Of a stretch of DNA of 64,000 nucleotides, positions 50,875 to 63,261 are shown piece after piece. The position numbers were made by a program, and so were the translations under genes. The first letter of the stretch is position 1, and each line of letters begins with the position of its first letter. A model generated the notes under the pieces. The model saw only the letters and a list, made by a program, of their open reading frames with translations. It made no database searches and was not told the origin of the DNA. The DNA is from Octopus sinensis (Eukaryota), in contig NC_043004.1 of the NCBI RefSeq assembly GCF_006345805.1, positions 35,588,001 to 35,652,000 of the forward strand, read 5' to 3'.

Positions 50875-52343
50875 TCATTCTTACATACATACATGTGTGT
50901 GTGTGTGTATATATACATACATATGTACACATATACATATATGTATATACATATATATCAGGTTGGAGCAGCCTTGAGATAGGTGATATTAAGCCACCAA
51001 TGCTACTCCACTTGTCCACCAAACTACAAAACTAATAACAATAAAAATGCTGATAGACACATCTTGGGATTCCTTTCACTCAGTATCTGTGTAGGTTTTT
51101 TCTTTCTTATCTGTTTATTTAAAAACAAACTCAAACCAGTATTACAATACATTGGGAGGAAAAATACAAACACTCACACACACAGAAAAAAAAAGAATGC
51201 TGTCCTCTATCTTCTGGAACCACACATAGATACGTACATACGTATACACATGTATATAGAAAACAAGTTGGAACAACATTAAAATTAAATAATCTAAGTA
51301 AAAATCCCATGATTTGTTGTGTTTGGTGATTCAGGGTCATGGAACCAGCAAAATATAGCAGATTTCATTAATGAGAAATAATAGAGAACTCAAGAGTATT
51401 AAGGGGAAAATAATGATGACAAAGTTGGTGCTAACAATGTTGATTATATAGCAAGATGGTGTTGTTGCATAGGGAATGGAACCAATGATGGAAAAGATGT
51501 AGTAGAGCTAGGAAAGAAGGTAAAACACATAGATTATATGGAAATGGTGGTGTCGATCCAATATAATAGTCAAGTAAATTATTTGTTGTGAGTTTGAAAA
51601 GAAAAAAATTCTATATATGTGTGTGTGCACACACGTGTGTATGTGTGTGTATGGAATCATATAAGTACGTATATTGCCTGAGGAGTGGAGATATATTTTT
51701 TTCAATTTGTGTACGTTGTGTGTGTGAGTATATGTATATGTACATGCACACATACACACATGTTTACATATATATATATATTCATACCCATAAATATCTT
51801 TCTTTAAATTCTCTGACTATTATCTAAAGGAAAGACAGTACTGAGTTTGGTTATATTGTCTGTAACAATACACAAGACAGTAGAATCAATGAAAGTTTGT
51901 TGACATAATACCATCATCATGTTCCTCATCATTATTATTGCAATAATCATCATCATCATCATTATTATTACTATTGTCGTTGTTGTTGTTGTTGTTGTTG
52001 TTATTGTTATTATCATCAATATCACCACCAGACAAAATTCAATTCCACAACATCTTAACTTTCGTTGTTTTGTTGATTTACTTTCCTTCCTTAAAACTTT
52101 CTTGATATTCTATATTTTTTCCCAAATTTATTTGTTTAGTTCCTGTCTTTCCTGAAAGAGATTATTTAGGTTTTGATTTTTAAAATTACAATTGTTATAT
52201 TTTTCTCTTCTTACATGATATAGTATGCGGATGTATGTTTAGATAATTAAAGGTTTCTCAAAAACTTATATACAAGTTTACATACTCATTGACAGATATA
52301 AATACATATACCTACATATGTATCTATATGTGTTATATGTATA

Positions 52344-52490
<147 letters not shown>

Positions 52491-52544
52491 CTGGTATCTC
52501 TTTCTTTCCATCTCTAGTTAATATAATATTAATAATAATTCTCA

Positions 52545-52720
52545 CTAATTTTGGCATAAGGTCAGCAATTTTGAGAGGGTTGGCTAAGTAGATTAGATCA
52601 ACCCCAGTACATGACTGGTATTTTATTTTATTGACCTCCAAAGATTGAAAGGCAATGTTGACCTGAGCAGGATTTGAACTCAGAACATAAGGAGCCTTAA
52701 GAAATACCATTAGGTATTGA
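52545..52720 (-). mobile_element. Family A SINE
   Basis: gattgaaaggcaatgttgacctgagcaggatttgaactcagaac core. Confidence 0.7.
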
Positions 52721-52754
52721 TGTTTGACAGATGATGATAATAATAATAATAACA

Positions 52755-52785
<31 letters not shown>

Positions 52786-52789
52786 GTGA

Positions 52790-53030
52790 GATTGTTATGT
52801 CTAGGACATGACAATTAAAAACCAAAACCATTTCTTCTGTTGTGTGTACCCTGGGAATAATTAGGAATGGTAGTGAGAAATTTTTTGATCAGATTCCTGA
52901 GAGACTCAAGAAATTGTGTTGACATCAACTGTGCACCTTCTTAGGAAGTTTCTTTCCATCTAATATGCACGTACCTTAGGTCTATGGTTGAGACCCAGTC
53001 GGAAGATGAAATAAAATACAAATCAGTTGG
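52790..53030 (+). mobile_element. RLE retrotransposon C-terminal relic after (AAT)/(GAT) repeats
   Basis: QLKTKTISSVVCTLGIIRNG...QEIVLTSTVH...RKFLSI*, similar to the termini at 9364 and 42610. Confidence 0.6.
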
Positions 53031-53279
53031 AAAATAATTACAATACTACTACTAATAATAATAATCACTTTTTTTTCCTTTATTAGCCACAAGGGCTCAA
53101 AGAGTATGAAAATTTCACTTGAGATTACATCAAAAGAAAGACAAACGAATATGGACGACTTGGAAATACAAAGTGTGAGTGTGATAGACATTATACAATA
53201 TGTGGAAAGATGCATTGACCTTTTAAAGGAGCACACACAAGCACACACATAGTTATATGTGCACACACACACATATATA

Positions 53280-53600
53280 TCATCATCATTATTATCATCA
53301 TTTAACATCTGTTGTCCATGCTGGTGTGGGTTGGATAGTTTGATCAGGGCTGGTAAAATGGAAGGCTGCACCAGGATCTTCCTAATGCCAACCACTCTGA
53401 GAGTGTAATGGGTGCTTTTACGTGTTACCAGCATGGGCAGGTACCATTTGTGTGACACCGGTATCTGTCATGACTGCAATTTTGCTCAGCTTGATGGGTC
53501 TTCTTCTCAAGCATGACATAATGCCAAAAGTCTCGCTCATTGCCTCCATGAAGCCCAACACATGAAAGGAGCTCACCCACTTTCCCTCCGTGAGGCCCAA
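53280..53600 (-). mobile_element. RTE 3' end (family C)
   Basis: The minus strand reads DFWHYVMLEKKTHQA (ORF terminus), then UTR and a (GAT)n tail. Confidence 0.75.
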
Positions 53601-54261
53601 CACATATACATATATATGTATTTGTGTGTATATATATATACACATACATACTCACAGATATAAGTACACATATACACATATTTGTATAAAAATAAATAAT
53701 TATATAATGATGAACTTAATGTATGCAGTGTTCAGGTGCACTACAACTCATCAAAAGTAAAAGTTACAATTAGGTATACAATAACTAAAAAGAGATAAAG
53801 AAAGTTAAAGGAAATAAACCCTGACATAAACCTTTTTTGCCTAATTATTGACATGTTTAAACTTGTGGCAGAATTATGTATAGTAGCCATTTTGATATGA
53901 AAAATCTCATGAGTGAAAATAGAATTTTCAAAATTTATACATCAAACCTCTTTTTCTTCTTGTCAGAAACATGAATTAGCAACAACCCCTTCTTAAACAT
54001 TTATACTTCTTTTTCAAAGTTCTCTGATGAGTAATTTCATTTGGTAATGTAAGGATAGATGGTGATTTGATGCAAGAAATAAAATGCATTCACATTACTA
54101 AAATCAAATATAGAATATTAGTCCTAATAAACCCAGTTATTTTGAGGGGAGGGAGAAGCCAGTTACATTGACTCAAGTGCACAACTGGTTGTTAATTTAT
54201 CAACTCAGAAAGGAAGAAAGTCAAAGTCGACCTTGGTAGAATTTGAACTCAGAACATAGAG

Positions 54262-54690
54262 ACAGATGGCTGGATATAGTAACCTTCAGGAGAGGCAAAC
54301 AAGAGTGCCTAATAATCGACATAGCAATACCAGGAGATCAACATATCATCATGAAAGAAAGAGAAAAGGTTGATAAATATGGAGACCTGAGAATTGAGAT
54401 CGCAAAGATGTGGCAGCTACAAGAGTTGAACATAAAGGTTATCCCTATTGTCATCGGAGCATTGGGTTCAATACCACCCAATCTGAAAAAAACATCTGAA
54501 AACCTTAGACATACCCTACAATCTAGGTGTATTGCAAAAGTCGGCATTACTTGAAACTGGATGCATATTGCATAAGTAGTCTGTCTGAGGTCCTTGTTGT
54601 GACAGGACAGACAGTACAAACCCTGGTAGACACAATATCTTCAATCAACAACTTCGTAATACTGTATACTGTGCAATGTCCATGCTAATA
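54262..54690 (+). mobile_element. RLE retrotransposon family 2, endonuclease C-terminus plus 3' UTR
   Basis: DIVTFRRGKQECLIIDIAIPGD...EKVDKYGDLRIEIAKMW...IPIVIGALG; ends in (AAT)n. Confidence 0.88.
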
Positions 54691-54744
54691 ATAATAATAA
54701 TGATAACAATAATAATAATAATCATAATAGCACTAATAATAATG

Positions 54745-55800
54745 TTCTGACAGACTGTATGTACCAAGAAAAAGAGGGAGAAGAGGACTTATTGGATGCG
54801 AACACAGCATTAGAGCAGAAGAAAAACAACATAGCATGGTATGTAAAAAATGCCACAGAACCGCTATTATTAGTAGAAGATTAGACTTGTGTAGGATGAA
54901 AGATTGCAAAGATAAAGCACTATACAAAAAATTGAAAATGAATGAAACTGAAAATAGGTGGAAAATAATGCCTGGTCAATTTTATAAAATAATGCCTGGT
55001 CAATTTTATAGGGACGTTGAAAATAAGACAGACAGAAAAAAAAGATGGCAGTGGATGACTAAAATTGATTAAAAACCAGAAGCAGAGGCTCTGAACTGAG
55101 CTGCCCAAGAGCAAGCACTGAGAACAAACTACATAAAATACAGAATAGACAACACCTCAGAAAGTAATAAGTGCAGAATCTGTGGACAAAATGGTGAAAC
55201 CGTATGGCATATTACCAGCCAATGCACACCATTAGCCCAGAAGGAATATAAGAGATGCCACGACAATATAGCCAGGCTTGTCCATTGGACACTTTGCAAC
55301 AAGTATGGACGTGACAGAGCAAAAAATTGTTATGATCACAAACCTGAAGGCATCGTAAAAAATAGAAATGCAAAGATCCTATGGGATTTTATGATTCAGT
55401 TCAACCATGAGAATAGGAAGCCAGACATAGTCTTAATTGAGAAAGGAAACAAACTATGCTGGATCATAGATATAGCATGCCCAGCTGACAAGGTATGCAA
55501 TAAGGAAGAAAGAAAAGCCGAGAGATATAACAAGTTAGCTTGGGAAGTTAAGCAGTTGTGGTCGATGAAAAAGGTAGCAGTAGTACCAATAATTGTCGGA
55601 GCCCTGAGAACAGTGAGCAAAAAGTCTCAAGAAGTATGTGGAACAAATAGGGGCTGCAATAAGGGAGGAGCACTTGCAGAAGTAAAAAGCACTGCTTGGT
55701 ACCACTCGAATACTCCGAAAGGTGCTTGAAAAATAAGAGATGTTACCTTAGTTCACTGGTAGTGAACAGCTGACATTGTAGTACATCTCCAGCAATAATA
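54745..55800 (+). mobile_element. RLE retrotransposon family 3 (RT end, CCHC knuckle, PD-(D/E)xK nuclease)
   Basis: DRLYVPRKRGRRGL; AAQEQALRTNYIKYRID...KCRICGQNGETVWHITSQC; ILWDFMIQ...RKPDIVLIEK...IIDIACP...VVPIIVGAL. Flanked by (AAT)n. Confidence 0.9.
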
Positions 55801-55814
55801 AGGCAATAATAATA

Positions 55815-56370
55815 ATAATTCTTTCTACTGGAAGCATAAGGTCTCAAATATTGGGGGAAGGGATTAAATCGATTACATCGACCCCAGTGCATAACTGGTA
55901 CTTATTTAATTGACCCCGAGAGGATGAAAGGCAAAGTCAACCTCAGCAGAATTTGAACTCAGAACATAGTGGCAAATGAAATACCGCTAAGCATAATAAT
56001 CCTTTCTACTAAAGGATCACCATGCTGTGCATATGTGGTTGTGATGCATGTACCTGGTGTACCCTTATCAAACAGATAGTCATGATGGGTATATTGAACC
56101 GTGTATATTTGTACTCCAGCATCACTTTGATGGCATGTACTGCTCTCTCACTCTGTAATCATAATAATAATAATAATGGTTTTAAATGTTGCCACAAGGA
56201 CAGCCATTTTGGGGGAGGGAAGGTGTCGATTATATCATCCCAGAGTTCAACTAGTACTTAATTTATCGACCCTGAAAGGATGAAAGGCAAAGTCGACCTC
56301 AACAGAATTTGACCTCAGAACATAGCAACTGGCAAAATACCAGTAATCATTTCATCCAGCACACTACCTT
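55815..56370 (-). mobile_element. Two family A SINEs flanking a partial TAA-associated element (56016-56153)
   Basis: SINE cores at about 55920 and 56275. 56016-56153 matches 60282-60420. Confidence 0.7.
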
Positions 56371-57689
56371 AATAATAATAACAACAACAACAGGTGGTAA
56401 TAGCAGCAGCAGCAGCAGTAGTAGTATATAGCATAATTGTTAAGAGCTACTAACTGGTGGAAGTGAGGAGGAAAGTATCAATTCAGGTGAACAAAAAACA
56501 AAAAGGTTGTTAAGAAATAGGCCTATTATTGTTATTCTTCAGAATTTTTTTTTTTTTTTTTTTTGTGATTCTGTCCATTAGATTGCCTGCAATGAACAAA
56601 TACAATAGTGAAGTGAAAGGCCTAATATTGTTATTCTCTAGAATTTTTGTGATTCTATCCATTGGTTTTTCTACAATCATTACACTTGAGCTGTGTAAGC
56701 AACTATTTATTTTTTTGCTCAAGAGCCCAAGTGGAGGGTGAAGTAAAAGGCAGGGGCCCAGGTCTGAGAGGCTTAAAATAAAATACCAACATATGTTGAT
56801 TCAATAGACAGTATCCATCGTCTACATTTTTCTGGTTTTATGCTAATGTAAGAAATACAGTTCTATTATAATTTTTTTTGTGATGATGTTGTTTAGTGTC
56901 GTCTTGGCTTTGATTGAACAGATCTATGACCAAAACTGTTCTTCTTACAACCAACCCATTTTATTTGTTTAACAGGGACTATATTACACAATGTGTTCTG
57001 AAAGGAATTTGGCCTCCATTTCTTAAGATGTTACACAACTAAGTAGAGGTTCTTCCTAGTTAGCTCATGGAGCTCTCTCAGAGAAGACATCTAAAATAGA
57101 ACACAACTGGCTTTTGGAACCTTTATTTTACCAAGTGCAGTGCGGTTCAGTAATATAAGGGACAGCTCTGTTGAGTAAATTCCACTCTTACAAAAATTGG
57201 TCCTGGATTGAGTGAAAAGAAATCAATATTTCGCTGGATATTAGAGCAGAAAACTACACACTTTACAACACACAGTTGCAACCATGTTGATATGTTAATG
57301 CCTTAAGGGTGTTATTTATAAAAATATTACATGTAATATAAATGAAAACATGGCTGTTTAACGTGATTTAATCCCATCTAAATACACAGACACACACAAA
57401 CACATTAACACGAATGTATATAAGCTTTTTAGATGTATAAATGCATAGATGTATGTACAAAGACATGTACACATGTATCTGTTTCTACATTTTGAGAAAG
57501 AGAGAGGGAGAGAGAGAGAGAGAGTTGTGAAATAGAGAGTAAAGTGGTGTAAATGTGTATATTTGTGTGCGTGGATTTTATGGAACTGTTGAGATGTTTG
57601 TAGAGAATTTAATAATGCAACAGTTCTACTATCACTTGCAGTCTGACATTTATTTCTTCTCTAGACTTGCTGAACAATGGACACCGAGA

Positions 57690-58790
57690 ACAGAATGGAA
57701 TACACAGGAAAGACAAAAAAAAATTAAGGAAGTTAAAGGTGGTGGAAAAATAGACAGAGGTGTCAAATTGAAATAGAGAAAGAAGGAAAATGAAAGGAAG
57801 ACTGAAATGAGCGAGGGTCAATTGATACTAAGAAAATAAAATGAAGAATAATCTTAGTGTAAATAAGGGGAATAGGTGTCAAAGAGATTGAATTGGAGTA
57901 GCAAATAAAAAGTGATGAGGTAAAAGAAAGAAAATTATAGAAGAGAATACAAAATTGTGGAGAGAAAGAAAGAGTAGAAGTGAAAAGGGAGAAATAGAGA
58001 AGAAAAAAACTAGTATAAAGAAATTGGAAGACTGAAGATGGATACTGGAGAAGGAGAAGAGAAAAAAAAGAATTAGGAAAGAAAGTAAAATAAAGAAAGA
58101 GAGAGAAAGAAATATAGAAGATAAAGTAGAAGGGAAAAGAGTAAAGAAGAAAAAGAAAACATAAAATGAAAAAGATAAAGAAATAAAAAGAAAATAAAGC
58201 AGAAATGAAATATAAAACAAATTGAAGAGTAGTAAAAACGAAGTGGAATAGAGATGTATGAAGAAAAGGAAGATGAGTGAAAAATTGAGGCTGAATAATG
58301 ATGAAGATTGTGCGAGAGTAAGGGGAAAGAAAAAGATGAAAAATCGTTTTTGAAAAATAATTGAAGGAATGGTTAGTAAAATTTAACAAAATAAACTGAA
58401 GGATGAAGGTGGAGAGAGAAAGTAGGGGAGAAGAAATCTTAAAATGAAAGCGAAGAAAAGGAAAAGATACGATTTGGAAGAGAAGAGCGAGAATGGAAAA
58501 ACAAAATTTTAAAAAATGAAGAAATATATGAAAAATAAAGAAAAAATTTTAAAAGGAAAAATATAGCAAATACAAAAAATTACAAAGTGAATGAGAGCAG
58601 GAGCCTAAAATGAAGAATGAAAAAGAAGTGATTGAAGAATATTGAAGAATGATTAAAAATGAATGAGAATGAAAATAGGTATAAATGAAGAAAAAGATGT
58701 TGAAGAAGAACTTAGGAAATAAAAGAAAAAAGGAAACGGTGAAATTTTAGTGCAGGAAAGGAAAAGGAGAAGAACTTGACACCGATTTCG
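57690..58790 (+). repeat. ~1.1-kb purine-rich (A/G) low-complexity tract
   Basis: The plus strand is overwhelmingly A and G with very few C and no fixed period. Confidence 0.85.
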
Positions 58791-59629
58791 TCTGTACAAA
58801 AGCCTGTAATCCACTTTAAATTACACAAAATCTATTTTATCCAGTTCCTTTATGTTTAACCTTAGTTCTCTTTGATGCTACTCCCCTCTTCAAACAATTT
58901 AAGAGAGATTTGAAGGAAAGAAGATACAAAAAGAGAGGGGGAGAGAGAGAGAGAGAGAGAGCGAGAGAAAGATGGAAGAAGAGGAAGAGATGTTGAAAGA
59001 TGGCGATTACTAAGAAGTAACCATTGATTTCTAAATGATTAAGTGGTTCTGGGAACCATACCTACTGTGAAACAGGGGAAGGTTTTTTTTCACTTTCTGA
59101 GAGAAACAGAGTAAAACTTTTAGCATTTAGCTAAAGTGCTTGACCAATTTTGACAATATCTGAAAATCAGAAATTCGCTCACTTGAACAAAAGTGCTCAA
59201 AGCAATTTAATTGAGTAAAATGACATACGGACAAGATGTTCGATTACTTTAACTATCAAGAATATGTATGGGTGTACATATATATATATATATATAAATG
59301 TATGTATTTGTGCATATACATATATGTGTGTGTGTGTGTGTGTGTGTTGTGTATATTTACAGATGCATAGATGATGGCTATGACAAATAAGAAAAAGAGT
59401 ACTCAACACTAGTTACAGAGTACAATAATTTGGCTGAAGTCAATGAACTGTTATTCTTGAATTTCAATATATGTAGTAACCTTGATAAAATTTCAATGTC
59501 AAAAAAAAATAATACAACAAATACAAATACAAAATGCAGATAAAAAGAAACAGACACTAGTATTCCACTGAGTGAAAGTTCAACCAAAATAAAGTATCAG
59601 ATATATTGTCAGTCAGCAATAATAATAAT

Positions 59630-59848
59630 AAACCTTCCTATTATAGGCACAAATTCTGTAATTTTTGGGGAGGGGACTAGTCAGTTAGATCAAACCCAGT
59701 GTTTCAGTGGTACTTAATTCATTGATGAAGAAAAGATGAAAAGCAAACCCAACCTCAGCAGAATTTGAACTCAGAATGTAAAGACAGATGAAGTGCTGTT
59801 AAGCATTTTTGCCAGCATGCTAATGATTCTACCGGCTCACTGCTTTAA
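59630..59848 (-). mobile_element. Family A SINE
   Basis: gatgaaaagcaaacccaacctcagcagaatttgaactcagaatg core. Confidence 0.75.
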
Positions 59849-59869
59849 TACTAATAATAATAATAATAA

Positions 59870-60419
59870 ATGCCCTGATGCAGTACCAGGCACTGAATCT
59901 CATGGCTTATGATCTTAACTGATTGAAAGTATCATGTACCTGTTTTGTCTTGGTATAAAAGAAGGGCTACAACAAATATTCTGCTCAGTACCACAAATTT
60001 ACTTGTTAGCCGTTTGACCGTAACCAGTTGAGCATGTCCCTTGGTGGCTGAAAATATGTGCAACTCAAATCACAAGCAGAAGTAGTGGGGGTGCATCATA
60101 GCCATGTGTTGAAGGGGATTCTTTGGGGTTTGAATAATTCACCTCTGGAAACATGGGTGTTTCATTCAACATCCTTAAACAGCCCTTATTCAGGGACCGT
60201 TTGAGTGGGATGGACTACACAAGCTGAAGAAAATTTTAACTAGGTCCCATCTGCAAGGACATGTGCTGTTTATCTGATATGAGATCACCATGTCATGCAC
60301 ATATGGTTGATGCATTAGCATGGTGCACCCTTATCAGACAGATAGTCATGATGGGTCTACTGCACTTTGTATATTTGTACCCCAGCATCACTTTGATGGC
60401 ATGTACTGCTTTCTCACTC

Positions 60420-60420
<1 letters not shown>
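59870..60420. mobile_element. ~550-bp non-coding interspersed element bounded by (AAT)n on both sides
   Basis: Flanked by TAA repeats at 59852-59869 and 60420-60449. A partial second copy lies at 56016-56153. No recognisable ORF. Confidence 0.6.
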
Positions 60421-60450
<30 letters not shown>

Positions 60451-60461
60451 TCTAGTAAGTA

Positions 60462-60915
60462 TAATATTGGGAGGACAAAGATCCTCTGGAACTTTGACTT
60501 CCCAACAGACAAGGTGTTAGATCACTGAAGGATGAATATAGTAGCCCTTAAGAGGAACAAGCAAGAGTGCCTAAGACTTGATGTAATAATGCTAGGAGAT
60601 CAATATATTGTAATGAAAGAAAGGGGGGAGTTCAACAAATTTGGAAACCTGAAAATTGAGACTATCAAGATGTGGTAGCTGCAAAGGATGTTCTTGTTGT
60701 CATGAGAGCATTGGATTCAATGCTATCCAGTCTAAAGAAACATGTGGAGACTTTAGAAATACCCTGCTATCTTGGTGTATTGCAAAAGTCGGCATTACTT
60801 GGAACTGCATAAAATGTTGTCTGTCTGAGATCTTTGTTGTAAATATAAACCCTCAGTACAAACATTATCTTCAATCTACAACATTACAATATCAGATACT
60901 GTACAGCGTCTTTAA
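60462..60915 (+). mobile_element. RLE family 2 relic
   Basis: Aligns with 54262-54690 (caagagtgcctaa...gtattgcaaaagtcggcattactt); ends in (AAT)n. Confidence 0.8.
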
Positions 60916-60917
60916 TG

Positions 60918-60974
<57 letters not shown>

Positions 60975-60976
<2 letters not shown>

Positions 60977-62132
60977 CTTGACAGAAAAATATGAAAATTG
61001 TTGACAATGCACTACCCTAAGGCAGATATAGAACAACTTTATCTGCCAAGAAAAGAGGGTGGCCATGGACTTTTACAACTGGAATTAACAATGAAGATTG
61101 CCACAATTGGCCTAGATGTATACCTGAAAAACGCTGATGACTGCATGTTTAAACTTGTCTTAAAGCATGAAAACAAGAAAGCATCATTCTCAGTAACAAA
61201 ACAGGCAAAGGAATATATATGTGAATTCCAAATACAGCAAATTCCAGAATTAGACGTACTAGAAAAAAAGCACAGAAAAATCTAAATGCATGAAAACCTG
61301 TGCTAAAACGGCTGCCTTAGATATTCCTACTGATAAATGACAAGAAAAACGAAAAACCTCTCAATAGCAAATACCCAAAGAGAGCTAATAGTGCTGATGT
61401 TGACAAAGCTCTTGCCCATTAATAGTTAGTGTCTTCTGGCTGAAAATCAGAAACAGAAAGGTTTATCATAGCAGCCCAAGATCAATGCTTACCTGCAAGA
61501 AACTACTAGGCCAACATATTAAAGAACATCAGCTGCCCAATGTGTCGTGTATGTAAACAACAAAATGAAACCATTGATCATGTTATCCCCATGTGCAGTC
61601 TTCTTGCACCTACAGAGTATCTCAACTGGCATAATAGAACAGCACAATATATTCACTGGGTAATTTGCAAAAACCTGGACATGACCCATGATAAAAACTG
61701 GTGGGAACACAAACCACCTCTAGTGCTTGAAATATGATCACATCTCACTCCTCTGGAACTTCACCATTCAAACTGACAGAAAGATAGATGCAAATAGGCC
61801 AGACATTATATTGAAAGGCTTCAAGACAAAAGTCATGCCTCCTCATTGATATGACTGTCCCAATCGATATAAATGTATCTGTCAAGACCTACCAAAAACT
61901 AAGCAAGTATAAAGATCTTGAAATAGAAATTGGCCAACTGTGGAACCCCAAGACTAAAACAATACCTGTTGTCATAGGTGCGCTAGGAATGATAGCAAAG
62001 GGAGCTAGAACAATTCTATGTGCAAAACTAAATATATGACACCCTAGGTATAACACCAGCCTGAACTTCTAACTTGCTGTCTCTTGAGGCCTCTGGATAA
62101 GACTTGGAGCAAATACAAAGCAAAAGTCAAAC

Positions 62133-62135
<3 letters not shown>
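60975..62135 (+). mobile_element. Dong/R4-like RLE retrotransposon, 5'-truncated
   Basis: HYPKADIEQLYLPRKEGGHGL; AQDQCL...CRVCKQQNETIDHVIPMC; TVPIDINVSVKTYQKLSKYKDL...IPVVIGALG. Same family as 9182-9778. (AAT)n at 60919-60975 and 62135-62197. Confidence 0.9.
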
Positions 62136-62197
<62 letters not shown>

Positions 62198-63196
62198 TGC
62201 TGCAGCTGCTAATAATACAACTACTACTATTCTGATCGTACAGGAATCTGAGGCCCAACTACCACTACCCCCACCCCTACAACAGTTGCTGTTGCTGCCA
62301 CAACTGCTGCTGCTACTACACATAGATACAATAATAAAGGCAGTAATTGACAACAGCAATAGAAGACTGAAGAAGACTGCCCAGCAAAGAGTGCAAAGAC
62401 AGCAACAACTAATACAAGAACATCAACAACACAGGAAGTAACTAAAATCTACCACCCTCTAGCGACAAAATACAACAAGGGAAAAAAAAACAGTTATCGT
62501 GGCTGCAGGAATAAGGATGAAGGCAATGATCACTGTCTTCATATGCTAAACCTGTTCACCGAAGAATATTACAAGTGAGCAATGGACTCTCCGGAAAGTC
62601 GTTCTACATGACAGAAAGAGTAGTCACATCTCTTTTAAATTACAACTAACATCGTTGAGGAAGGCCAGATCAAATAGTATAATTTTCTATGTGGATGTCC
62701 ATGTGAGTAGTGCTGGAAATTGGTGCCATCCCCTGCTCTGCATAGGTCTGTGTAACCTCCGAGTTTGTTAATATAACAATGACAAATAGTAAAAAAATAA
62801 AAACAATAGTGATATCAGTGATGATGATAATAATAATAATAATGATAATAATAATAACAATGAAAGGAAGCGGGTGGAATCTCTCAATGTCCTGATTAAT
62901 GATACATCTAATGATGGTGTCACAATAAAAACATTGGTAATTGCGCAACCTGATAATGGCTACCTCATATGAGTGACAATGAAAAAACAAAATATTGTGA
63001 ATAACGGTGGTAATGAAATTGAAGCCATTGATGGTGACAGTGTTGCACCCGACAGGCTCAGAGATTCTGGTCTGGCTCCATCCTGTCAATATCTACACAG
63101 TGTAGATGGAACAAGCAAATTAATTCTGTGGTCATGGAGTGTTACTACCTGAGCAACCCAGTAGCTGAAAATGGTACTCAAATTAGGGGTTACCGA

Positions 63197-63261
63197 CAAG
63201 TATAAAGATCTTGAAATAGAAATTGGCCAACTGTAGAACCCCAAGACTAAAACAATACCTG
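63197..63261 (+). repeat. 65-bp copy of 61904-61968
   Basis: 64 of 65 bases identical. gacaag occurs at both junctions (63195-63200 and 63261-63266). Confidence 0.9.

Noticed and set aside
57763-58389. 208-aa F/L/S-rich ORF resembling a membrane protein
   Set aside because: A by-product of the pyrimidine-rich strand, which is depleted of stop codons. No domain pattern.
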